From a bacterium (GTDB taxonomy: Bacteria > Zhuqueibacterota > Zhuqueibacteria > Oceanimicrobiales > Oceanimicrobiaceae), in contig JBHHYI010000066.1 in assembly GCA_046757525.1 (NCBI GenBank), positions 1 to 22,270 on the forward strand: 22,270 nucleotides of DNA. Direction: 5' to 3'. The notes beneath the pieces were generated by a model. It saw nothing but the letters and a program-made list of their open reading frames with translations, was not told the origin of the DNA and ran no database searches. This document shows positions 7,118 through 15,350 of the stretch, in pieces (position 1 is the first letter of the stretch; each line of letters begins with the position of its first letter). Made by a program: the position numbers and the translations under genes.

Positions 7118-9499
7118 ATGAGAGTAGAGATAATGCGAAAGTCAAAAAATGGGCCGAACATCATCGGTAAGCGCGTTCCTCTGGTGGACGCTCTGAAAAA
7201 GACTACGGGCGAAGGCTTTTACACCGACGACATCAAGTTGCCGGGCATGGTGGTGGGGAAGATTCTACGAAGCCCTTACCCACATGCGAGAATCAAGGCC
7301 ATCCGTACGGCGAAGGCCGAGGCTTTGGACGGCGTGCATGCCGTCATCACTGGAAACGAGCCGGGAGCGCAGAATCGTTTCGGGGTGCTGCCCATCTCTA
7401 AAGATGAGATTGCCATGCCCAAGCCCGGCGCTTCTGGACGCGAGGGCAAAGTGCTCTACGTTGGCGACTGTGTGGCCGCGGTTGCCGCCAACAATGAGGA
7501 AGTCGCCCTGGCAGCCTTGCAGTTGATTGAAATCGATTGGGAAGAACTGGAGCCAGTAGCTCGCGCAGACCAGGGCCTCAAAAAAACCAGCGACCCTCTT
7601 CAAGACAAAACAGAGGAGGGCACCAACGTGCAAAAATCCGTCAAGCAACATTTTGGCGATGTTCCTGGAGCACTCAAGCATTCCGAATTTGTGGAAACCG
7701 GCGATTTTGAGTTTGTCGGTTTGAATCATGCTTTTACTGAGCCGATTGCCACCATTGCCCATTACGAGGCTGACGACCGATTGACCGTTTGGTCGGCGCA
7801 GCAGGTACCGCACTACCTCCACCGGGCGCTGGCAGAGGTGATGGAAATGCCCATGCATAAAATTCGCGTCATCAGGCCCATGGTTGGTGGCGGCTTTGGC
7901 GGCAAGAGCGACCCTTTCCCGCACGAAATGATCGCAGCCATGTTGTCGCGCAAATGCCGGCGCCCGGTCAAAATCTTATTTGACCGAGAAGAGGTGTTCT
8001 ACAACAACCACGGCCGACACCCCACCAAGACCCACATTACCGTGGCCGCCGATGCCCGGGGCAAGCTCACCGCGTTGGATCTCGATGCCACCATCGATGG
8101 TGGTGCCTGGGGCAGTTTTGGCGTGGTGACCACCTACTACAATGGCGTGCTGGCCATGGGGCCTTACCGGATTCCCAACTTTCGCTACTCCGGACGCCGG
8201 GTGTACACCAACAAAGCCCCGTGTGGTGCCATGCGAGGGCATGGGGCCGTGAACACCCGCTTCGCTTTTGAAGTTCTCATGGACATTTTGGCCGAAAGAG
8301 CGAAACAGGATCCGTGTGACTTCCGTTTGGCGAATCTCCTATCAGAAAACACGGAAACGATCAACGGGTTTCGCATCACCAGCAACGGCACGCGCGAATG
8401 CATCGAGAGGGCACGGCAGCGCTCTGATTGGGATCGCAAACACGGCCAACTGCCGTACGGCGAAGGCATTGGTGTGGCCTGCGGGTTCTACATCAGTGGC
8501 AGCGCCCATCGAATTCATTTCAACGAATTGCCGCAGTCGACCGTGCACCTCAAAGTCGACATGGACGGCGGCATCACCGTGCACTGCCTGGCTGCCGAAA
8601 TAGGGCAGGGCAGCGATACCATGTTGGCCCAATGTGTCGCCGAGCCCCTGGGCGTCAATTTGGACCGCGTCAGAATTTTTTCTTCAGATTCGGATGCCGA
8701 TCCTGTCGATTTGGGTTCCTATTCCAGTCGCGTGACTTTTATGGCTGGTAATGCGGCCCTGCGGGCAGCAGAGAAAATCCGCAAGAAGTTGACCAATGCG
8801 GCTGCCAAAATCACGGGGTATCCTTCCGATGGCTTTGTGTTGAAAGACGAAAGGGTCTTTTATGCGCCAAAACCAGATATTGCGGTAACTTTTGACGAGG
8901 CCCTCACCGAGGCCCTGGCCCAAAATGGCGCTTTACTCGCCAAAGGCATCTACCAGTCGCCACCGCCAATTGGTAAACGCGGTGCGTTCAAGGGCTGGCG
9001 CGCAGGCCTGTCGCCGACTTACAGTTTTCAGGCTTATATTGCCCAGGTGACCGTTGACCCGGAGACCTTTGAAGTGCGGGTGCAAAAAGTGTGGGCGGCG
9101 CACGATTGTGGCAAAGCGCTCAATCCCCTCGCGGTCGAAGGACAAATAGAAGGGTGTATTCACATGGGCCTGGGCCAGGCGTTGTGTGAGGAAATGCCTT
9201 ATCTCAAAGGCAACATCCTTGGCCCCAATTTTCTGGACTATCGGACCTTGACCCCCATGCAGATGCCTGAGGTCGACGTCATCATTGTGGAAAGCAACGA
9301 TCCTGAAGGCCCTTTTGGCGCGAAAGAAGCCGGGGAAGGGCCGCTGCTGCCCATTCTGCCCGCGGTAGCCAATGCCATTTACGACGCCGTGGGCGTGCGC
9401 ATGCGTTCGCTGCCCATGACCCCGGATAAGATCTGGAAGGAGGTTCAGAGGCAAACTCTGAAACATGGCATTCGCTCAAAAGTTGTGGTAGGCGTGTAG
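7118..9499 (+). CDS. hcrA: Molybdopterin-binding subunit, 4-hydroxybenzoyl-CoA reductase alpha-like (xanthine oxidase family)
   Basis: RVPLVD, FGVLPI, GGGFGG, CGAMRGHG, EIGQG, GSYSSRVTFM, GKALNPLAVEGQ and GPFGAKEAGEG, which resemble remembered HcrA. Alternative start at ATG 7133. Confidence 0.8.
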   Translation: MRVEIMRKSKNGPNIIGKRVPLVDALKKTTGEGFYTDDIKLPGMVVGKILRSPYPHARIKAIRTAKAEALDGVHAVITGNEPGAQNRFGVLPISKDEIAMPKPGASGREGKVLYVGDCVAAVAANNEEVALAALQLIEIDWEELEPVARADQGLKKTSDPLQDKTEEGTNVQKSVKQHFGDVPGALKHSEFVETGDFEFVGLNHAFTEPIATIAHYEADDRLTVWSAQQVPHYLHRALAEVMEMPMHKIRVIRPMVGGGFGGKSDPFPHEMIAAMLSRKCRRPVKILFDREEVFYNNHGRHPTKTHITVAADARGKLTALDLDATIDGGAWGSFGVVTTYYNGVLAMGPYRIPNFRYSGRRVYTNKAPCGAMRGHGAVNTRFAFEVLMDILAERAKQDPCDFRLANLLSENTETINGFRITSNGTRECIERARQRSDWDRKHGQLPYGEGIGVACGFYISGSAHRIHFNELPQSTVHLKVDMDGGITVHCLAAEIGQGSDTMLAQCVAEPLGVNLDRVRIFSSDSDADPVDLGSYSSRVTFMAGNAALRAAEKIRKKLTNAAAKITGYPSDGFVLKDERVFYAPKPDIAVTFDEALTEALAQNGALLAKGIYQSPPPIGKRGAFKGWRAGLSPTYSFQAYIAQVTVDPETFEVRVQKVWAAHDCGKALNPLAVEGQIEGCIHMGLGQALCEEMPYLKGNILGPNFLDYRTLTPMQMPEVDVIIVESNDPEGPFGAKEAGEGPLLPILPAVANAIYDAVGVRMRSLPMTPDKIWKEVQRQTLKHGIRSKVVVGV

Positions 9500-9526
9500 G
9501 TCTAACTTATCCCAGAAAGTTAGAAG

Positions 9527-9811
9527 TTGGCAAAACGTTCCTTAGAACGAATTAGAGATAAGATGAAGAGAGGTAACTATGCTTTGACCTCTCATGCCAT
9601 AGACGAAATGCAGCCAGATGAACTCACTGAGTTGGATATAGAGGAAGCAGTTCTAAATAGCAAAATTGTGCGCCTACAGAAAGATCATTTAGGAAGGACA
9701 AAATATACGCTGGAAGGTCTGACGAAGAATTTAAGAAAAATTCGAGTAATCTGTAGATTTTCAGATTCAGGTGAATTAATTGTCATTATAACTGTTTATG
9801 AAATTATTTAG
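9527..9811 (+). CDS. DUF4258 domain protein (predicted toxin-like)
   Basis: 94 aa, basic, with LTSHAIDEM, DIEEAVLN and C-terminal IVIITVY; TTG start; AT-rich; paired with a zinc-finger gene. Confidence 0.8.
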   Translation: MAKRSLERIRDKMKRGNYALTSHAIDEMQPDELTELDIEEAVLNSKIVRLQKDHLGRTKYTLEGLTKNLRKIRVICRFSDSGELIVIITVYEII

Positions 9812-9820
9812 TGTTTAGCA

Positions 9821-10081
9821 ATGCAAGCAATGAGCTTAGAAGGCGAACGGTGTGACTTTTGTGAGAAAGGGACTCTCAAAGCTAAGAGAGTTAGGGAAAT
9901 CTTTCGGAAGAACCAGGATATAGTTCTCATTGATGATGTGCCCGCATTCGTTTGCAACCATTGCGGGGAACGGTATTATCTTGCAGACGTAAACAGAAAG
10001 CTTCGTGACATCGCAGAGAATCAAGAAAAGATAAAAAATAGAATCTCTGTACCTTTGGCAGATTACGAGGACGCCATTTAA
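9821..10081 (+). CDS. YgiT-type (MqsA N-terminal-like) zinc finger protein, putative antitoxin
   Basis: CDFC ... DVPAFVCNHCGERYY; 86 aa or fewer; no HTH domain follows. Confidence 0.85.
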   Translation: MQAMSLEGERCDFCEKGTLKAKRVREIFRKNQDIVLIDDVPAFVCNHCGERYYLADVNRKLRDIAENQEKIKNRISVPLADYEDAI

Positions 10082-10107
10082 GATATCCATTTAAAGTGAG
10101 GGAAAAA

Positions 10108-11142
10108 ATGAAACCGTTTAACAACATAGTGATCTTAAACGTTCTTTCCCTGATGTTAGTAGTTGCTCAAGCTAATAGCCAGGAGGGGACGGCCTCCAAG
10201 AAATCCATTCGTCCCGTGCACACCTATTCCATCGTTGCCCGTGACCCGGAAACCGGGCAAATGGGGGTAGCGGTGCAGTCGCACTGGTTCTCCGTGGGAC
10301 CCAGCGTGCCCTGGGCCGAGGCCGGTGTTGGTGCGGTTGCAACCCAATCGTTTGTCGACGTGAGCTATGGCCCGCTGGGGTTGCAGCTCATGAAAGCGGG
10401 AAGAACGGCCAAACAGGCGCTGGCCGCGTTGAAGCTGGCAGACCCGCACCCGGAAGTGCGGCAGGTCGCGATGATCGATGCGCACGGTAATGTTGCCGCA
10501 CACACTGGCGCCAAGTGCATTCCGGCCGCGGGACACATTGTGGGAGACAATTTTTCCGTGCAAGCTAACTTGATGCTGAACGACAAGGTCTGGCCAGCCA
10601 TGAAGAAGGCCTACGAATCTACTCGAGGGGATCTGGCAGATAAAATGCTGGCGGCGTTGGAAGCGGCTCAGTCTGTTGGTGGCGACATTCGCGGCCGGCA
10701 GTCGGCAGCCATCTTGATCGTGCGTGGCAAATCCACAGGCAGACCCTGGGCAGACCGTTTGGTAGATCTGCGGGTGGAGGACCATGCAAATCCGGTGCAG
10801 GAATTGAAGCGCCTGGTGAAACTGCACCGGGCTTACGAGCACATGAACAACGGCGATCTGGCGGTGGAACACAACGACATGGAGGGTGCCCTCAAAGAAT
10901 ACGGTGCCGCTGAGGCCCTGTTCCCGGAAAACCTGGAGATGAAGTTCTGGCACGCGGTCTCCCTGGTCAACGCCGACCGAGTCGATGAATCTCTGCCGTT
11001 GTTCAAACAGATTTTTGCCAAAGACGCCAATTGGGCTACGCTGCTTCCCAGGCTGCCTAAGGTCGATTTGCTGCCAAGAGATCAGGCGGTGATCGACAGG
11101 ATTTTGGCGGTAGCCCCGGGCTCGAAAAATGCCAACAAATAG
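10108..11142 (+). CDS. Secreted DUF1028-like (Ntn-hydrolase fold) protein with a TPR-like C-terminal region
   Basis: Hydrophobic signal peptide ending A-Q-A/A-N-S, then HTYSIVARD, GVAVQS, GAVATQ, GGDIRGRQSAA and DLRVEDH, followed by a helical tail. Start is ATG 10108 or GTG 10096. Confidence 0.85.
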   Translation: MKPFNNIVILNVLSLMLVVAQANSQEGTASKKSIRPVHTYSIVARDPETGQMGVAVQSHWFSVGPSVPWAEAGVGAVATQSFVDVSYGPLGLQLMKAGRTAKQALAALKLADPHPEVRQVAMIDAHGNVAAHTGAKCIPAAGHIVGDNFSVQANLMLNDKVWPAMKKAYESTRGDLADKMLAALEAAQSVGGDIRGRQSAAILIVRGKSTGRPWADRLVDLRVEDHANPVQELKRLVKLHRAYEHMNNGDLAVEHNDMEGALKEYGAAEALFPENLEMKFWHAVSLVNADRVDESLPLFKQIFAKDANWATLLPRLPKVDLLPRDQAVIDRILAVAPGSKNANK

Positions 11143-11147
11143 ACATC

Positions 11148-12134
11148 ATGATTTTACCGTCATTCAAATACTACCAGCCAACCACAATCGACGAGGCGCT
11201 GGACATTGCCCAAAAATGTAAAGGGGACTTCGATTTTATTGCCGGCGGTACGGACGTGCTTCCCAACTACAAGAATCGACTCAACAATCGTCGTAACCTG
11301 ATCAGCCTGTCGCAGATAAAGGAGCTCTACCAGCTCACGGACACAGAAGTAGGCGCCATGGTCACGTTGGTTCAGTTAGAAAGAAGTTCTCAGGTCCGGG
11401 AAAAATTTCCGGCTATTTCTAAAACTGCCCATCTAATCGCCACGCCCTTGTTGCGGGAATCTGCCACGGTTGGTGGCAATATCTTGTTGGACACCAGATG
11501 CTGGTTTTTCAATCAATCCTTTTTGTGGCGCGAATCCAAGGGTTTTTGCTTGAAAGCCGACGGCGATGTGTGCCTGGTGGTGCCGCAAACGGAAACCTGC
11601 TACGCCACCTACTCCGGCGACTTAGCTCCGGTGTTCATGGTGTTAGGCGCCACCTTCCATCTGGCCGGCCCCGACGGCAAACGGTCGGTGCCCTCCGACA
11701 AGTTCTTTACCCACGACGGGATCACCCGGAACGTGAAGCTACCCGAGGAGATTTTGACGCACATTTCTCTTCCGCGAGAAGCTCAGGCGTTGCAAGCGGA
11801 CTACAGAAAGCTACGCGTGCGCGACTCCATGGACTACCCGGTCCTGGGCACTGCCGTGGCCCTGCGATTGAGCCAGAACACCATTGAAGAGCTGAGAATT
11901 TCCATTACCGGACTGGGCACCACGCCAGTGGTTTACGACGAAATCACCCGTCAATTCATTGGCGATCAGATGACAGCGGAGTTAGTAGAGCAGATCAGTC
12001 ATGAAATCATGGAACAGGTCAAACCGTACCGCAACGTTCATTTTTCGCCTCAATACCGCAAGGCCATGGTTGGGGTTTATTTGCGACGTTTGTTATTGGC
12101 TTTGTCACACATCTCCACCTTGCCAACCTCTTGA
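11148..12134 (+). CDS. hcrB: FAD-binding subunit with [4Fe-4S] insert, 4-hydroxybenzoyl-CoA reductase beta-like
   Basis: AGGTD and ATVGGN FAD motifs plus the four-Cys insert DTRCWFFNQSFLWRESKGFCLKADGDVCLVVPQTETCYATYSGD, characteristic of HcrB-type subunits. Confidence 0.85.
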   Translation: MILPSFKYYQPTTIDEALDIAQKCKGDFDFIAGGTDVLPNYKNRLNNRRNLISLSQIKELYQLTDTEVGAMVTLVQLERSSQVREKFPAISKTAHLIATPLLRESATVGGNILLDTRCWFFNQSFLWRESKGFCLKADGDVCLVVPQTETCYATYSGDLAPVFMVLGATFHLAGPDGKRSVPSDKFFTHDGITRNVKLPEEILTHISLPREAQALQADYRKLRVRDSMDYPVLGTAVALRLSQNTIEELRISITGLGTTPVVYDEITRQFIGDQMTAELVEQISHEIMEQVKPYRNVHFSPQYRKAMVGVYLRRLLLALSHISTLPTS

Positions 12135-12160
12135 ATCTCATTTCAGCGATGACCGATCTA

Positions 12161-13186
12161 ATGAAAGCCGTGGTGATTCACGAACACGGTGGCATTGAAA
12201 AACTATCGTACGAAGACCAGCCGGTGCCTCAAATCCAGGCCAATGAGATTCTGCTCGAGGTCAAGGCCATCGCCTTGAATCACCTGGATTTGTGGGTGCG
12301 ACAAGGGCTGCCTGGCATTCGATTGGCCATGCCCCACATCCTGGGTTCCGACGTCTCAGGGGTCGTAGCCGCCGCCGGTGAGCTGGTGACAAATGTCAAA
12401 GTAGGCGACCAGGTGCTCTTGGCACCGGGTTGGGGCTGCGGGCATTGCGAGCTCTGCCTGGCAGGTCAGGACAATTATTGCCGGGATTATAAAGTACTGG
12501 GGGAAAATACGCAGGGCGTTTATGCGGAATTTGTCAGAGCATCCGCTGAGAATGCTTTGCCTATCCCCGCAGGGCTAAATTTTGACCAGGCCGCAGCCAT
12601 TCCTCTGGTGTATTTGACCGCCTGGCACATGTTGGTGGATCAAGCGAAAGTACAGCCGGGCGAGGACATTTTGATTCTGGCCGCAGGGAGTGGCGTGGGC
12701 AGTGCGGCGGTCCAGATTGCAAAGCTCTTCGGTGCACGGGTGATTGCTACCGCCAGCACGCAGGCCAAACTGGAAAAAGCGCAAGAATTAGGGGCTGACG
12801 AAACCATCAACTACCAGGAAAAGGACTTTCTGGAAGAAGTGAAAAGAATAACCGGTAAACGGGGGGTCGACATCGTGTTTGAGCACGTGGGAAAATCAAC
12901 CTGGGACAGCAGTCTCAAGGCTTTGACCAAAGGGGGCCGCCTGGTGACCTGTGGCGCAACCACAGGTTACGACGCCGTTACGGATCTGCGCTACGTTTTT
13001 TTTAAGGAACTGAAGATTTTTGGTAATTTCATGGGGCGCAAGGAGAATTTGAAGCACGCGCTCAAATTCTTCCCGCACAAATTAAAGCCCGTAATCGATA
13101 CGCAGTTTCACTTGAGAGAAGCGGCCAAGGCCCACGAAAAATTGATGAAAAGAGAGCAGTTTGGTAAAGTGCTGTTGAAGCCTTGA
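12161..13186 (+). CDS. MDR-family (zinc-binding ADH / quinone reductase-like) oxidoreductase
   Basis: MKAVVIHEHGG, structural-Zn motif CGHCELCLAGQDNYC, AAGSGVG nucleotide-binding loop and FGKVLL end. Start is ATG 12161 or 12149; the track's TTG 12131 is less likely. Confidence 0.9.
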   Translation: MKAVVIHEHGGIEKLSYEDQPVPQIQANEILLEVKAIALNHLDLWVRQGLPGIRLAMPHILGSDVSGVVAAAGELVTNVKVGDQVLLAPGWGCGHCELCLAGQDNYCRDYKVLGENTQGVYAEFVRASAENALPIPAGLNFDQAAAIPLVYLTAWHMLVDQAKVQPGEDILILAAGSGVGSAAVQIAKLFGARVIATASTQAKLEKAQELGADETINYQEKDFLEEVKRITGKRGVDIVFEHVGKSTWDSSLKALTKGGRLVTCGATTGYDAVTDLRYVFFKELKIFGNFMGRKENLKHALKFFPHKLKPVIDTQFHLREAAKAHEKLMKREQFGKVLLKP

Positions 13187-13320
13187 CTTCAGGTAAAAAG
13201 TTGGTCAAGGCGGACTTGACATCATTTGTAACGCAACCGTCAACATTTGTCAAACTTCTCAATCGAGACGATTGAGTTACAATTTCCCAGGTGGCCTGAC
13301 AAAGAGTTTTTCAGGGCAAT

Positions 13321-13352
13321 CAAAGGCTGAAGCAAGGCTTCAGCACTCCAAA
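13321..13352. repeat. REP-like hairpin
   Basis: GCTGAAGC-aag-GCTTCAGC (13326-13344) followed by ACTCCAAA. On the minus strand it reads TTTGGAGT plus hairpin, a common extragenic palindrome layout. Confidence 0.5.
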
Positions 13353-13413
13353 GGTCAAAACTTCGAGCAGAAACGCTTAACATTACGTTAACTTTGTATT
13401 AAGGAGGGTAGCA

Positions 13414-15324
13414 ATGATTCGACTTTCTCGGTTTACAAAACGTGCCTATTTTCTACCTTTGGTTCTTGTGGTATTGGCAGGGTGGGGGTGCCAGGCCACG
13501 GCCCAGGACTCTAACTACATTCGGGCTCACTATGCGAAATATGAGTATCGAATTCCCATGCGGGACGGGGTTAAGCTGTTCACTTCTGTTTACGTGCCCA
13601 AGGACAAATCGAAAACCTATCCGATTATTTTGAAACGCACGCCGTACAGCGTCAGACCCTATGGCCTGGACAAGTACCTCAGCCATCCGGACCGGCAGCG
13701 GGAACGCTATTTTCAGGAGGGGTACATCCTGGCCTATCAGGACGTGCGCGGACGCTACATGTCCGAAGGGGAGTATGTCAACGTTAGACCGTACATCGAA
13801 AAGAAGAAAAATAAGCGTCAGATCGACGAAACCACCGACACGTACGACACGGTTGATTGGCTGGTCAAGCATATTCCGGGCAACAACGGCAGGGTTGGGA
13901 TCAGCGGCATTTCGTATCCAGGTTTCTATTCGTCCATGGGGGCTATCGATGCCCATCCGGCCGTCAAGGCGGTGTCTCCGCAAGCGCCGGTTTCGAAATG
14001 GATGGCGGGCGATGACTTCTTTCACAACGGCGCTTTCTTGCTGCCACATGCCTTTGACTTTTACATGGCCTTCGGTCAGCCGCGCCCCAAACCGAAAAGC
14101 GTCCGCGACAAGAGATTCGACCACGGCACGCCCGACGGTTACAAATTCTTCCTGGGAATGGGCCCTTTGCCAAATGCCGACACCAAATATATGAAGGGCA
14201 AAGTGGCCTTCTGGAAAGAGCTGACGCAACACGGGCAATGGGACGATTTTTGGGCAGCCCGCAACATCCTGCCGCATCTAAGAAAAATTAAGCCTGCCAT
14301 GCTCGTGGTCGGTGGCTGGTTTGATACGGAAAACCTGTTCGGCGCGTTGCACACTTATGCCGCCATCGAGAAAAACAATCCTAACACCACGAACATGCTG
14401 GTCATGGGGCCTTGGTCGCACGGGGAATGGGCCAGACGAGATGGACAGTTTCTCGGGGACATCGACTTCGGTGCAAAGACCTCTGACTTCTACACAGAGC
14501 ACATCGAGGTGCCCTTTTTCAACTATTACCTGAAAGGCCAAGGCGAATTACACCTCGCTGAAGCCACTGTGTTTGAAACGGGCGCCAACCGGTGGCAATT
14601 CCTGGATAGCTGGCCGCCCAAAAATACCAAACCCACTAACATTTACTTGCATGACGGCGGACGGCTGACTTTTGAGTCGCCGCAGCAATCCGAGAGCGAC
14701 TACGACGAATATGTCAGCGATCCTGCTAAGCCGGTGCCGTACACCTCGGAAATCACGCAATGGTACAATCCCGCTTTTATGCTGCAAGATCAGCGCTTTG
14801 CCGACAGACGCCCGGATGTGCTGGTGTATCAGACCGATATTCTAACCGACAGCGTCACCATTGCCGGTCCATTCACCGCCACTCTTTACGTCTCAACGTC
14901 TGGCACCGACTGCGATTGGATCGTGAAGCTCATCGACGTATTCCCGGACGATACACCCGACCCGGATCCTAATCCGCACAAGGTACAGCTTGGGGGCTAT
15001 GAGATGCTGGTGCGCGGGGACGTTCTGCGTGGCAAGTTTAGAAACAGCCTCTCAAGGCCTGAGCCGTTCGTGCACAACGAGGTCACGAAAGTCGCCTTTC
15101 AACTGCAGGACGTCTTCCACTCTTTCAAGAAGGGCCACCGGATCATGGTGCAAATCCAGAGCACCTGGTTCCCCATGGTGGACATCAACCCGCAAAGATT
15201 TGAGGACATCTTTCAGGCCAAGGCCGACGACTTTCAAAAGGCCACCCAGCGCGTCTACCACACGCCGCAATATGGCTCGCACATCACGGTCCATGAGGTG
15301 CAAGGGCGCCAGACATCTGATTGA
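13414..15324 (+). CDS. Secreted CocE/NonD-family serine hydrolase (alpha-amino acid ester hydrolase / acylase-like)
   Basis: Signal peptide; IPMRDGVKL, RTPY, QDVRGRYMSEG, GISYPG (nucleophile Ser), GGWFD, MGPWSHG and a PepX-type C-terminal domain; AAGGAGG RBS. Confidence 0.93.
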   Translation: MIRLSRFTKRAYFLPLVLVVLAGWGCQATAQDSNYIRAHYAKYEYRIPMRDGVKLFTSVYVPKDKSKTYPIILKRTPYSVRPYGLDKYLSHPDRQRERYFQEGYILAYQDVRGRYMSEGEYVNVRPYIEKKKNKRQIDETTDTYDTVDWLVKHIPGNNGRVGISGISYPGFYSSMGAIDAHPAVKAVSPQAPVSKWMAGDDFFHNGAFLLPHAFDFYMAFGQPRPKPKSVRDKRFDHGTPDGYKFFLGMGPLPNADTKYMKGKVAFWKELTQHGQWDDFWAARNILPHLRKIKPAMLVVGGWFDTENLFGALHTYAAIEKNNPNTTNMLVMGPWSHGEWARRDGQFLGDIDFGAKTSDFYTEHIEVPFFNYYLKGQGELHLAEATVFETGANRWQFLDSWPPKNTKPTNIYLHDGGRLTFESPQQSESDYDEYVSDPAKPVPYTSEITQWYNPAFMLQDQRFADRRPDVLVYQTDILTDSVTIAGPFTATLYVSTSGTDCDWIVKLIDVFPDDTPDPDPNPHKVQLGGYEMLVRGDVLRGKFRNSLSRPEPFVHNEVTKVAFQLQDVFHSFKKGHRIMVQIQSTWFPMVDINPQRFEDIFQAKADDFQKATQRVYHTPQYGSHITVHEVQGRQTSD

Positions 15325-15350
15325 ATCCGTTGGAGAGGAGGTTTGGAACA

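Noticed and set aside
7118..9499. Aerobic CO dehydrogenase (CoxL) or xanthine dehydrogenase call
   Set aside because: The active-site loop reads AMRGHG, not the CoxL form I AYxCSFR, and the partner FAD subunit has the HcrB-type [4Fe-4S] insert.
13181..13255. Clustered TTGAC/GTCAA half-sites as an FNR/CRP box
   Set aside because: Spacing does not match TTGAT-N4-ATCAA; it may be a weak hairpin or promoter, but this cannot be supported.
13414..13500. Lipoprotein signal in the CocE/NonD hydrolase (LAGWGC)
   Set aside because: G-W-G-C fits the lipobox poorly, and an A-T-A signal peptidase I site follows, so it is called only as secreted.
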